Assembly (NCBI GenBank): GCA_051453625.1
Contig: JBOZIK010000001.1
Span: forward strand, 8,002,596-8,051,278
Reading direction: 5' to 3'
DNA: 48,683 nucleotides
From: Welwitschia mirabilis
Lineage: Eukaryota
In this document: piece after piece, positions 24,401 to 37,835 of the stretch
Numbering within the stretch: the stretch's first letter is position 1
How the letters are laid out: every line of letters starts with the position of its first letter
Position numbers and translations under genes: made by a program
Notes under the pieces: model-generated
The model's input: only the letters and a program-made list of their open reading frames with translations
Told to the model about the DNA's origin: nothing
Database searches by the model: none

Positions 24401-27400
24401 AATGAATTTTTTTTATTGCTTTTCTTGATTGATGTTTTTCATATTAGTTAATATTTGTTTTGTATTTTTAATGGACTATTTGGGTTAAATATTTGGATCA
24501 ATCTTATTAAGCATAATTTTGATATTCTTACTATATCTAAAGTTTAATTTTTTAATATAGAGGCACAAAATAACATCACTTATTAAATATTAAATAAACC
24601 TCAATGAGATTTTTTTAAAAAAAATTTAGGATACTATTAGGAGTATAAAAATTTAAAAAAATTAATTTTTGGATACCAAATTGATATTTAAAAAGTATTT
24701 TATGAAAATAACTTAAATAAAAACCAAAAATAGTAAATATTTAATTTTAATTTATAAAATTAATAATTAATATTTGTACAAAAATTATTCTATTTTTTAA
24801 ATAATCAAGTACCAAAAATTCCTCAATAAATTAAGAATTCAAAGTAGTTTAAGAGTCATAACCTTTTTAATATAGTATGATATTAAAAATTTTTTAACAA
24901 TTTAGATAATTTTTACATTTGAAGTGTGACATTAGAAGATAGTATTTATAGAAATATAAACTTGATAAAGTTCATTTTTTAAGATTGTATTATGAGTCTA
25001 GTTTAAGGAAGATTATCACAATCTATTTTATCTTTATACATAATTAATTATTAATTTCTAGTTGTAGTTTCTTTTAAAAGAAAAAACCATAATTAAAGTC
25101 ATTCATTATAGAAGATTAACTTAATAAAGTTATGATGATAATTTTAGAATCTAAATTAGATAACAATTTAAATAATTTCATTTTATATAATTTTAATTAC
25201 TATTATTTGATACATTATAATTTATACCTGTCTTATTAAGGCTTTCATTCTTGAATGACAAGTAACATTCTTATTTGCCATGAATTAAATTTAACTATTT
25301 AATAACTTAAGGAATATAAACTTTAATGTTATTTTACATTTATAGTATTATTAATGTTTTCTGCATGTGCGTGCGCACACACACACATGTATTACTTAGT
25401 TTTATTTCAATGCATGTACTTACTACTTTATGAGGGTTTTCATGTTAGTAATTTAGTTAACTTAATTAGTTCTTTTAATTTTATTCTTTTCTTAATTTTA
25501 TTTTACATTTACATAAATCTTAAGTAAGCATTATGTTTTTAAGTTATATTTAAATCTATATTTACTCTTATTTCTCCTCATTGATGGTAATATCATGATA
25601 AAATTTACTATTTTCTAGTAACATTATTTATGTTTGTACATTTTAAACTACAAATATTTTCTAGCATGTCAAATGAGGTGAGGTTTTTCCTCTTTTGATT
25701 GATTTAATTAAAAAAACTTCATAAAGTTACAATATTTTCACAAGTAGTTAATCAACTAAATATCCATATTAGATAGGAGTATATGCATGAATTTGTGTGA
25801 TGCATGCATTTGTATGGTACATTCATTAAATGATAATTGAACCAAGTTAGTCATAATAATTATCATCTTAATACTTAGATATCATTACTAAAGAGGGTTA
25901 TATTGTATTTTTATATAAAACCCTTTTAGAAGTGGAGTTAATCATCACTTTCTAACCTACCTATGTCTAATCTTACTTTAACTTAATACCTTAAGTAAAT
26001 AATAGCAATGAAAAAGATGCCTTCATCANNNNNNNNNNNNNNNNNNNNNNNNNNNNNNNNNNNNNNNNNNNNNNNNNNNNNNNNNNNNNNNNNNNNNNNN
26101 NNNNNNNNNNNNNNNNNNNNNNNNNNNNNNNNNNNNNNNNNNNNNNNNNNNNNNNNNNNNNNNNNNNNNNNNNNNNNNNNNNNNNNNNNNNNNNNNNNNN
26201 NNNNNNNNNNNNNNNNNNNNNNNNNNNNNNNNNNNNNNNNNNNNNNNNNNNNNNNNNNNNNNNNNNNNNNNNNNNNNNNNNNNNNNNNNNNNNNNNNNNN
26301 NNNNNNNNNNNNNNNNNNNNNNNNNNNNNNNNNNNNNNNNNNNNNNNNNNNNNNNNNNNNNNNNNNNNNNNNNNNNNNNNNNNNNNNNNNNNNNNNNNNN
26401 NNNNNNNNNNNNNNNNNNNNNNNNNNNNNNNNNNNNNNNNNNNNNNNNNNNNNNNNNNNNNNNNNNNGCTCAGTCATATGGAATCTTACTATTTTTAGAG
26501 AAGATAAAGAATCATTGGTATTACTCAAACAATCCATCTAAAGAAAAATGCCAAAATTCTAAAAACATGCCACTACTTTCAATTATTAATAAAACAATCA
26601 AGATGATACTTTGAGCAAGAAATTTTAATAGAAATATCAAGATAAGATTTTATCACATATAAATATTCTCCATAATTAATAAGTATTAATAAATAATAAA
26701 AGAAAATGCAACATCATAATTATGAATACTACTTTAGGATACACAAAATAAGATAAAATATTAAAATAAGCTAATTGGATGCATCTTATTAATTATAGCA
26801 GTTACAATAATACTTGATATTAAAATAAGAAAATATACTAATCATGTACATTAAATGCAATAGTTATAAAAGAAAATAAAGTAATATTTGTATAACCACT
26901 AATTTAGCCACTAAAAGAATATCCTTAAATAAACTAGCAAAGAATTTAAAAATAATATTATTAATTATAGATAAAGATTATTTTTATTTAGTTTTTTATT
27001 TAACTATTTGGCCTAAATCCTTAGATGTTCTAAAATTTCAACGTAACATTTCTCTGTCCCTTGAAAAGTTTTATCCTCAAAACTTGAAAAAAAAGCTTAG
27101 GTTTCCACTATAATACATCTATTTTATATTTCCAATAGCTTCCACTTCTTTCTCGATTAAACACTGCAATTTATAAAGCTAAATTTCTCTTCCTCCAAGA
27201 ACCACTCTCCTTTAACATCCTACCCTTTCCTAGGGCATCAAATCTTCTACATGGTAATAACCTCTCTTAGCATGAAACCTTTCTTTAATTCATTGATGTT
27301 AACTTCTAGACAAAGTANNNNNNNNNNNNNNNNNNNNNNNNNNNNNNNNNNNNNNNNNNNNNNNNNNNNNNNNNNNNNNNNNNNNNNNNNNNNNNNNNNN

Positions 27401-28617
27401 NNNNNNNNNNNNNNNNNNNNNNNNNNNNNNNNNNNNNNNNNNNNNNNNNNNNNNNNNNNNNNNNNNNNNNNNNNNNNNNNNNNNNNNNNNNNNNNNNNNN
27501 NNNNNNNNNNNNNNNNNNNNNNNNNNNNNNNNNNNNNNNNNNNNNNNNNNNNNNNNNNNNNNNNNNNNNNNNNNNNNNNNNNNNNNNNNNNNNNNNNNNN
27601 NNNNNNNNNNNNNNNNNNNNNNNNNNNNNNNNNNNNNNNNNNNNNNNNNNNNNNNNNNNNNNNNNNNNNNNNNNNNNNNNNNNNNNNNNNNNNNNNNNNN
27701 NNNNNNNNNNNNNNNNNNNNNNNNNNNNNNNNNNNNNNNNNNNNNNNNNNNNNNNNNNNNNNNNNNNNNNNNNNNNNNNNNNNNNNNNNNNNNNNNNNNN
27801 NNNNNNNNNNNNNNNNNNNNNNNNNNNNNNNNNNNNNNNNNNNNNNNNNNNNNNNNNNNNNNNNNNNNNNNNNNNNNNNNNNNNNNNNNNNNNNNNNNNN
27901 NNNNNNNNNNNNNNNNNNNNNNNNNNNNNNNNNNNNNNNNNNNNNNNNNNNNNNNNNNATGAAATGTTTGTTTAATTACTTGATGTTGACTTTTGAACAA
28001 ACTGAAAATACCATGTATAATTGAACTTGTCATGCATGGATTGTATAGATAATATAAATCCATCTTAGACAAAATAGATACTCCTTAACTAATTAGTTTA
28101 TAAGAAATAATCAAAAAATAAGAATGGCTTACATTAATCTTGAAAATGAATAAATGATATCCCATTTGTAATGGATTGTATATGCCCCATTTGATGTCCA
28201 AGAATAATCCTTAGAAATCATTGGTTTTTTAATTCTAAGAAAATTTGTTTGCCATCAAGATATGAAGTGAGAATAAAAATAACCATGCCATCCATTTACT
28301 TTTCACATGTTATTATTAAAATTAACTTTATTGTTCTCCTTGTGAGTTGTGAGAACTAGGACTTAATTAAAATTAAAAATAAACTTTATCTTTTTAGTGT
28401 AGTATTCTAACTAGCATTTGTAAATTTTGAATGCCAAAGTAATTTAAATTACCAGTAAAAAAGGGTGGGTTTAAATGTGTTAAATTTTCAAAACATGCCT
28501 AAGAGCAAGTTAGCTACTGGGAAGACATGTGTTAGAGGCATATTATGTTTTATTTAAAGGNNNNNNNNNNATCATGTGTAGAAATAATACATTATTGTAA
28601 TGCTAATTTTTCATACT

Positions 28618-29340
28618 TAATAATATTTTTGCTTAGAAGAGTCATGTTTTGCCTTTGGAGAACATTTCTGATGTTGATTTAAGGAGGCTTTTAGTTGTAA
28701 ATGCATCTTTACATTATCAATAGTAATAATAGAGTTCTATGTTTTAATTTTCATATCGGTATAGGCTCAAACAATGTTCAATCATTTGTTTATTTATTAT
28801 TTTTTTTACTTTGACCAATTTTATAAGTTAGCAAAATAAATTGATTTATTTCATATTATATTCATATTAGCATTTTTCCAATTCAAAGCACAGTCAAAAT
28901 TATGCCTTGATGTGGCTTCAAAGCGTGACGTTACTATAAGTTAGCCTTGAAGATTTAAATCANNNNNNNNNNNNNNNNNNNNNNNNNNNNNNNNNNNNNN
29001 NNNNNNNNNNNNNNNNNNNNNNNNNNNNNNNNNNNNNNNNNNNNNNNNNNNNNNNNNNNNNNGAAGTCTAATGTTTTACATTTGGTAAACATTTCTAATG
29101 CTAGATTTAAGGAGGCTTTTAGTTGTAAATAACCTCTTACATTATGGATATTAATAATAGAGCTCTAGATTTTAACTTTCATGTGGATATAGGCTTAAAT
29201 AATGTTAAATCATTTGGTCATTTATTATGTTTGGTATTTTTATTAATTTTATAATTTAAGAAAATATCTTTATTTTTCTTTATATGATGTTCATATTATC
29301 ATTCTTTTACTTTAAAGCACAACTAGAGTTATGCTTCATT
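28618..29340 (+). repeat. Diverged ~280-340 bp direct duplication flanking a 100-N gap
   Basis: gatttaaggaggcttttagttgtaaat occurs at ~28676 and ~29104, with colinear similarity on both sides. Confidence 0.8.
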
Positions 29341-29660
29341 TTCTCTATAGAGGTTGTTAAGGTTTCAAGTTTACAATACCTTTCTTTTCATAGCCACACT
29401 CTTCATCAACTTCATTTTCTACAATGTTGTAANNNNNNNNNNNNNNNNNNNNNNNNNNNNNNNNNNNNNNNNNNNNNNNNNNNNNNNNNNNNNNNNNNNN
29501 NNNNNNNNNNNNNNNNNNNNNNNNNNNNNNNNNNNNNNNNNNNNNNNNNNNNNNNNNNNNNNNNNNNNNNNNNNNNNNNNNNNNNNNNNNNNNNNNNNNN
29601 NNNNNNNNNNNNNNNNNNNNNNNNNNNNNNNNNNNNNNNNNNNNNNNNNNNNNNNNNNNN

Positions 29661-30293
29661 CTCATTTGAGGAGCATGTGACTTATCTAAAGGGCTAATAA
29701 ATAATTAATTAGGGCTAAAGAAGTAATTGGGTAAAAGAGAAGTAGTTTCTTGAAAGTAACTGCTACTTAATGAAAAGCAGTTCTAGAAAGTAATTGCTAC
29801 TTAATGGGAGTTAGTAATATAAAGGAATAACTCCAATAAACGTGAAACTAGTTTCTATTCTTGACATAAAGAGTATTCTCTTCTCCATCACCATCACTCA
29901 TTCTAAAGGAATAAAAAGGCTATTAAAAAATAAAAACCAAGTTTCTTGCTATTCAAGCCAATAAAAGATACATTAAGAATTGTGATTAAGCTTTCATAGT
30001 GGATAGAAGTAGGCAATCATCTTCCCTCAATAACTGTTTATTACTATTTGTAAAAATCATGAAATTCTAATATCATTGATATTGTAGTTTAAATGGCATN
30101 NNNNNNNNNNNNNNNNNNNNNNNNNNNNNNNNNNNNNNNNNNNNNNNNNNNNNNNNNNNNNNNNNNNNNNNNNNNNNNNNNNNNNNNNNNNNNNNNNNNT
30201 TAGAATCATGAAATTCTAAGATCCTTAATATTGTAGTTTAAATGGCATAAGTTTCTTGTATGATTTGAGAACCTTAAGAAACTATAAGTTACA
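29661..30293 (+). repeat. 5' LTR (first ~20 bp in gap)
   Basis: atttgaggagcatgtgacttatctaa matches 37870 onward. Ends aactataagttaca versus aactataattgaca at 38495. Confidence 0.9.
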
Positions 30294-30295
30294 TG

Positions 30296-30306
30296 TGGTA
30301 TCAAAG
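30296..30306 (+). promoter_or_regulatory. Primer-binding site complementary to initiator tRNA-Met 3' end (decayed)
   Basis: TGGTATCAAAG 2 nt after the LTR; the canonical sequence is TGGTATCAGAG. Confidence 0.85.
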
Positions 30307-31081
30307 AATTAGATTAAGGAATTCATGATTTTTCATTCTTGATTCCTAATTATGTAAAAACTCTTATTGAGAAAGAGGAATGTTTTCCATCATTTCTATT
30401 TAAAAATCACAATGAACATTATTTTTAGCATGGTAAGCACCTTGAAATGGAGTGCCTAGGAACTCACTGGACTAAAAGCATTATGTTGTTATGACACTAG
30501 ATGCTTGGGCACTATAATTTCACCACCTAGATGTGCACTAAGTGCCTAGGTGCTAGTAAGTAAGTGCCTAAGCACTAGGACCTAAATTTTTTTTATTATT
30601 TTCCTAGTCCTATATGACTTAGGATTAATGTATGTTGGTTTTGTTAATCACTAAACTGGTTAAACCCTTAAGTTGAATTATATCCAAATTATATGATGAT
30701 TATGTTTAAATTACTCATAAATCTTGATGCTATATGAAAGATATGATAATTGATGATTTGTGGGTAAATTGAAGTTCATTACTATAAGATATTTATGAAT
30801 TGTCTAAAGGTTGATTAGTTATGCTTATAGTTAATGAACATAACTGTAGGTAATGTATGTGCACTATTATTTTATTTAAATACCCAAACATAATAAATGC
30901 TTCTAATTGGTACATGTTTTATTATCAAATGATTGATTATTGTTATTAGCAACATTATGTTTGAATGTTGTGTACTGATGTATTACCCAAAGGAGAGCAT
31001 TAGTATACAATAATTGTTTGAGTACTTTATGTGTATATGTATTTTATGTCTCAAAACATTAATGTGAATTTTGTTATTATA

Positions 31082-31670
31082 GTACATGTTCCCAACTTTT
31101 TGTGCTCTTATGTTTCATCTGTACTAGTCTTTAATGGGCTTAACTTCTCTAATTAGAGTAAGCAAGTCCAATTTTACCTTGGTGTATTGGATCTTGATCT
31201 TGCCCTTAAGGTAGAGAAATTTATTACTATTACTGATGCTAGCAGTAATGGAGAGAAGGCTCATCATAAAACTTGGGAAAGATCCAACAGACTTAGCCTG
31301 ATGTTCATGAGAATGAGTGTTATAGGTAACATTAAGTTAGCTCTTCCCAAAACTGAAAATGCTAAAGAAGTTATGAAGATTGTGGGATAGCGCTCCCAAA
31401 CTATTGACAAGTCTCTTGCTGGGACATTAATGAGTACCTAGACCACCATGAAGTTTGATGGTTCACATATCATAAATGAACATGTCATTGAAATGACGAA
31501 TATTGCAGCAAGGCTTAAGTACTTGAGAATGGCTATGGATGAGAACTTCCTTGTACAGTTTATTCTTAACTCATTACTGACTAAGTATGGCCTATTCCAA
31601 ATGAGCTATAACACCATGAAAGACAAATGGAATGTGCATGAATTGCACAGTATGTTGGCTCAATAGGAAA
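31082..31670 (+). pseudogene. gag: Copia gag (UBN2-type), copy 1, with stops
   Basis: VFNGLNFSN*SKQVQFYLGVLDLDLALKVEK...WERSNRLSLMFMRM...MKFDGSHIINEHVIEMTNIAARLK...FILNSL...SYNTMKDKWNVHELHSML. Confidence 0.9.
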
Positions 31671-32042
31671 NNNNNNNNNNNNNNNNNNNNNNNNNNNNNN
31701 NNNNNNNNNNNNNNNNNNNNNNNNNNNNNNNNNNNNNNNNNNNNNNNNNNNNNNNNNNNNNNNNNNNNNNGATATTTATGAATTGTCCAAAGGTTTATTA
31801 GTTGTACTTATAGTTAATGAAAATGATTGTAGGTAATGTATGTGCACTATTATCTTATTTAAATACCCAAACATAATAAATGCTTGTAATTGGTACATGT
31901 TTTATTACCAAATGATTGATTATTATTATTAGCAACATTGTGTTTGAATGTTGGAGAGCATTAGTATACATTAATTTTTTGAATACTTTATGTGTATATG
32001 TATTTTATGTCTCAAAACATTAATGTGAATTTTGTTATTATA

Positions 32043-32513
32043 GTACATGTTCCCAATTTTTTGCACTCTCATGTTTCATCTGTACTAGTTTTTAATGGGC
32101 TTAACTTCTCTGATTGGAGTAAGCAAGTCCAATTTTACCTTGGTGTATTGGATCTTGATCTTGTCCTTAAGGTAGAGAAATTTATTACTATTACTAATGC
32201 TAGTAGTAATGGAGAGAAGGCTCATCATAAAACTTGGGAAAGATCCAATAGACTTAGCCTGATGTTCATGAGAATGAGAATTGCAAATAACATTAAGTCA
32301 GCTCTCCCCAAAACTAAAAGTGCTAAAGAATTTATGAAGTTTGTAGGAGAGTGCTTCCAGACTACTAATAAATCTCTTACTGGAACATTAATGAGTATCT
32401 TGACCACCATGAAGTTTGATAGTTTGTGTTCCATGCATTAACTTATCATTAAAATGATGAATATTATAGCAAGGCTAAAGTCCTTGAGAATGGCCATGGA
32501 TGAGAACTTCCTT
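32043..32513 (+). pseudogene. gag: Copia gag, copy 2 (duplicate, truncated by gap)
   Basis: ORF 31992-32441 reads VHVPNFLHSHVSSVLVFNGLNFSDWSKQVQFYLGVLDLDL...WERSNRLSLMFMRMRIANNIKSALPKT. Confidence 0.9.
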
Positions 32514-33338
32514 NNNNNNNNNNNNNNNNNNNNNNNNNNNNNNNNNNNNNNNNNNNNNNNNNNNNNNNNNNNNNNNNNNNNNNNNNNNNNNNNNNNNNNN
32601 NNNNNNNNNNNNNNNNNNNNNNNNNNNNNNNNNNNNNNNNNNNNNNNNNNNNNNNNNNNNNNNNNNNNNNNNNNNNNNNNNNNNNNNNNNNNNNNNNNNN
32701 NNNNNNNNNNNNNNNNNNNNNNNNNNNNNNNNNNNNNNNNNNNNNNNNNNNNNNNNNNNNNNNNNNNNNNNNNNNNNNNNNNNNNNNNNNNNNNNNNNNN
32801 NNNNNNNNNNNNNNNNNNNNNNNNNNNNNNNNNNNNNNNNNNNNNNNNNNNNNNNNNNNNNNNNNNNNNNNNNNNNNNNNNNNNNNNNNNNNNNNNNNNN
32901 NNNNNNNNNNNNNNNNNNNNNNNNNNNNNNNNNNNNNNNNNNNNNNNNNNNNNNNNNNNNNNNNNNNNNNNNNNNNNNNNNNNNNNNNNNNNNNNNNNNN
33001 NNNNNNNNNNNNNNNNNNNNNNNNNNNNNNNNNNNNNNNNNNNNNNNNNNNNNNNNNNNNNNNNNNNNNNNNNNNNNNNNNNNNNNNNNNNNNNNNNNNN
33101 NNNNNNNNNNNNNNNNNNNNNNNNNNNNNNNNNNNNNNNNNNNNNNNNNNNNNNNNNNNNNNNNNNNNNNNNNNNNNNNNNNNNNNNNNNNNNNNNNNNN
33201 NNNNNNNNNNNNNNNNNNNNNNNNNNNNNNNNNNNNNNNNNNNNNNNNNNNNNNNNNNNNNNNNNNNNNNNNNNNNNNNNNNNNNNNNNNNNNNNNNNNN
33301 NNNNNNNNNNNNNNNNNNNNNNNNNNNNNNNNNNNNNT

Positions 33339-36300
33339 AAATGCCATTTTTATGGAAAACCTAGATACTTCTAGAAGAATTTCCCAAAATAGAGAGCTTA
33401 GCTTAAGAAAAAGAAAAAGTTTAATGCTTATGTATGTTTTGAATGAAACTTAACTAAAGTTTCACATAAAACTTAGTGGATTGATTCTGGATGTATAACC
33501 CATGTTTATAACACAATGCAAGGATTCCATTCAATCCAGATCATAAATCCACATGAGAAGTTCATGTTCATGGGAAATAGAGTAAAAGATCTAGTGGAAG
33601 TTATTAGGATTTATCATTTAATCCTTGACACTAGATATCATCTAGATTTATTGAAAACTCTTTATGTACCTAGTTTATCTAGGAATTTGATTTCATTATC
33701 TAGACTTGATGTTACTAGATACTATTTTAATTTTTGTAAGGAATGTTTTAATTTATTCAAGTATAGTTATCTCATTGGTATTGGTATTCTTTGTGANNNN
33801 NNNNNNNNNNNNNNNNNNNNNNNNNNNNNNNNNNNNNNNNNNNNNNNNNNNNNNNNTAATTTTAGCACTAAATGTAGTTTATTGAATGAACATTCCACTT
33901 ACTTATGGCATAATTATTTGGGTCACATCTTCAAAGAAAGAACAGAAAGATTAATAAAGAATGAAGTTCTTCTAGATTTGGATTTCACTAACTTAAACAT
34001 TTGTATGGATTGTATTAAATAAAAACAAACAAAACACATAAAGAAAGGAGTCACGAGAAGCACTTAGCTTCTTGAGATTATACACACTAATATTTGTGGA
34101 CCNNNNNNNNNNNNNNNNNNNNNNNNNNNAAGATATTTTATCATCTTTATTGATGGCTACTCACGTTATGGCTATGTCTATTTATTACATGAAAAATATC
34201 AAGCAGTGGATGCCTTGGAAATCTACTTGAATGAAGTAGAAAGGTAACTGGACAAAAAGGTGAAGGTTGTCAAATCTAATAGAGGTGATGAGTATTACAG
34301 AAGGTATGATAAGACTAGACAACATCCAAGTCCATTTGTTAAGTTTTCTAAAAAGCAGAATATTTGTGTGTAATACACAATTTTAGGTACACCATAAAAA
34401 ACAATGTATCGGAAAGGCTTAACAAAACTTTAATGGATACGGTTAGGAGCATGTTAAGAAATTTGTCTTTACCCATATCTTTGTGAATGTATAACTTGAA
34501 AAGTACCATGTACTTGTTGAACATGGTTCCTAGTAAGATAGTTCAAAATACACCTTTTGAACTGTGGACTGGTAAGATACCTAGCTCAAGGCACCTGCAT
34601 GTTTGGAGTTGCCAGGCAAAAATAAGATTTTACAATCCATATGAAAAGAAACTAGATGCAAGAACAATAAATGGGTTTTCATTGATTATCTAAAAAAATC
34701 AAAAGGATTTAAATTTTATTATTCTAATCATAATATAAGAATTGCTGAAACTAGAAATGTCAGGTTCATTAAAAATAGTGAAAATAATGGAAGTAAAATT
34801 CCACAAAATGTAGAAATTAAAAAAGTTAGAGTGCAAGTTTCTTTGACTTATAATTTTTATGCTAAAGTAATTGTTCCTCTAATTGTTAAACAACATAATA
34901 ATGAAGAAGAGTAACAGATGAATGAACCCATGATTTACAATGAACCTATTATCTAAAAACCAGAATAAGTAGGATTAAGAAGATCTCAAAAAGAAAGAAG
35001 GCATGCTATTTTGAATGACTATGTGGTATACCTACAAGAATCAAAACTTGACTTAAGCATTAATGAGGATGATCCAATTTCGTTTTCATAAGCCATTAGC
35101 GGTGATAATCCTGACAAGTGATTAGATGCTATAAAAGAAGAGTTGAAATCCATGAAATAGAATAATGTATGGGNNNNNNNNNNNNNNNNNNNNNNNNNNN
35201 NNNNNNNNNNNNNNNNNNNNNNNNNNNNNNNNNNNNNNNNNNNNNNNNNNNNNNNNNNNNNNNNNNNNNNNNNTTAAGAAATTTGTCTTTATCCATATCT
35301 TTGTGAAAGTATAACTTGAAAGGTACCATGAACTTGTTGAACATGGTTCCTAGTAAGACAGTTCAAAAGACACCTTTTAAACTATGGACTGGTAGGACAC
35401 CTAGCTCAAGGCACCTGCATGTTTGAGGTTGCTAGGCAGAAATAAGAATTTACAATCTATGTGAAAAGAAACTGGATGCAAGAACAATCAATGGTTTTTT
35501 CATTTATTATTCAAAAAAATCAAAGGGATTTAGATTTTATTATTTTAATCATAATATAAGAATTACTGAAATTGGAAATGTCAGGTTCATTGAAAATAGT
35601 GAAAATAGTAGAAGTAAAATTCCGCAAAATGTGGAAATTAAAAAAGTTAGAGTGCAAGTTCCTTTGACTTATAATTTTTGTGCCAAAGTAACTGTTCCTC
35701 TAATTGTTGAACAACATAACAATGAAGAAGAGTAACAGATGAATGAACCCATGATTTACAATAAACCTCTTATCTAAAAACCAGAATAAGTAGTATTAAG
35801 AAGATCTCAAAAAGAAAGAAGGCATGCTATTTTAAATGACTATGTGGTATATCTACAAGAATCAGAACTTGACTTAAGCATTAAAGAGGATGATCTAATT
35901 TCATTTTCATAAGCCATTAGTGGTGATAATGCTAACAAGTAATTAGATGCCATGAAAGAATATTTGAAATCCATGGAATAGAATAATGTATGGGACCTTG
36001 TAGAATTGCTATAAGGTTGTAAGAGAGTTGGATGTAAATAGGTCTTTAAACCAAACACGACTCTCATGACAAGTTTAATCATTACAAGGTTAGAATTGTG
36101 GCAAAGTTTTTCACTTAGAAGGATGGAATTGACTATAAGGAGTCTTTTTCTCTAGTTTCTAAAAAAGATTATTTTAGGATTATCATGGCACTAGTAGCCT
36201 ACTATGGCTTAGAACTACACCAGATGGATGTGAAAACCACCTTTCTTAATGGGAATTTAGAAGAGGATTTTATATGAACCAACCAATGGGATTCTTAACT

Positions 36301-37454
36301 GAAGGAAAAGAATACATGGTGTGCAAATTAAAGAAATCAATATATGGACATAAACAAGATTCCTGTCAATGGTATATAAAATTTAATGATACTATTGTTT
36401 CATTTGAATATGAGAAAAACATTATTAAAAAGTGTATATATCTAAAGGTCAGTAGGAGTAAGTTTATTTTTATGATTTTGTATGTTGATTATATCTCGCT
36501 TGCAAGTAATGATCATGGTCTTTACATGAGACTAAAAAGTTTATTTCTAGTAACTTTAAAATGAAAGATATGGGTGAGGCAGGCTATGTGATAATGATAA
36601 AAATATTCTAGAAGAGATCACAAGTATTATTAGGCCCATCTTAGAAAGCATATATCAATAAAGTACTAGAAATATTTAGAATGGAAAGATGTTCAACATC
36701 AGCTACTCCAATATAGAAAGGAGATAAGTTCAGTCTCATATAATGTCCTAAGAATGATTTGGAATGAAATCAGATGAAAGCAAATTTGTATGCATCTATT
36801 ATTGAGAGTTTAATGTATACTCATACTTATAGCAGACCAGATATAAGCTTTATAGTTGGAATGCTGAGTAGATATCAAAGTAATCCTAAATTGGATCTTT
36901 GAAAAGCTACAAACAAGATTCTAAGGTACTTATAGGAAATGAAGAAATACATGCTTACATATAGAAGGTTTGATTACCTTGAGATGATTGGGTATTCAAA
37001 TTCATATTTTGTTGGATGTATGAATACAAAAAAATCCACTCTTGGCTATGTATTTCTTTTAGCCAGAGGAGCAATATCATAGAAGAGTGTGAAGAAGTCG
37101 GTAGTTGCTATATCCACTATGGAAGCTAAATTTGTGGCATGTNNNNNNNNNNNNNNNNNNNNNNNNNNNNNNNNNNNNNNNNNNNNNNNNNNNNNNNNNN
37201 NNNNNNNNNNNNNNNNNNNNNNNNNNNNNNNNNNNNNNNNNNNNNNNNNNNNNNNNNNNNNNNNNNNNNNNNNNNNNNNGCATATGGAATTGAAATAATT
37301 TGCCATTAAAGAAGAAGTTCAGAAATAAAAAGTGTTAATAGAACATATTAGTACCAACTTCATCATAGCTGATCCTTTAACAAAAGGGTTACTACCTAAG
37401 ATATTTATTGATCATGTTGAAAATATCAACATTACTATTAATAAGGATTTTTGA
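33339..37454 (+). pseudogene. pol: Copia gag Zn-knuckle plus pol (protease, GAG-pre-integrase, integrase, RT, RNase H), many stops and frameshifts, one internal duplication
   Basis: KCHFYGKPRYF (decayed CCHC); *WIDSGCITHV ~33475; LYVPSLSRNLISLSRLD; YLWHNYLGHI..CMDCIK; IHTNICG ~34080; FIDGYSRYGYVYLL; HQMDVKTTFLNGNLEE ~36218; KLKKSIYGHKQ; LYVDY ~36478 (YVDD); STMEAKFVAC; ADPLTKG ~37368. Confidence 0.95.
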
Positions 37455-37835
37455 ACATAATATTGACATTTTATGTATAATGTACTTGACATTATAAGCT
37501 CATTTATGGATATTTTTCTAATTACCTATTTTCTAATTTGCATGCGTGATTGTATTAGAGTGATGTAAATAGATTCTGTCTTGAATAAAGATATTATGTT
37601 GAACAAATATGTGCTTCTTATTTACTAGTCATGATAAGAAGAATATTGATTTGTGGTACATAGAAGGGACTATGTCGATTAAGTAATATGTAATCATCAT
37701 AAATCAAATTAGTTCATATTCTTAATTATGATTTATGATGTATTCAACATATAAAATGATTTAACCATATCAATGAACATTATGTTGATTTAATTTATTA
37801 ATTTATTAGGCTATGAAATAGGATAATGTCACATG

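Noticed and set aside
23060..24930. Possible gypsy LTR ends (GGGGGTACA ~24216, GTGTGACA ~24931) and ORF 23713-24027
   Set aside because: No partner LTR, PBS or TSD was found, and the ORF is low-complexity with no motif.
27000..27317. Minus-strand LCLEVNINELKKG resembling a LINE ORF1 motif
   Set aside because: One short motif beside a gap, with no following zinc knuckle or endonuclease recognised.
29428..29432. TGTAA before the gap as the start of the 5' LTR of the Bianca-like element
   Set aside because: The flank AATGT does not match TAGTC after the 3' LTR, so there is no TSD support. The true start is probably in the gap.
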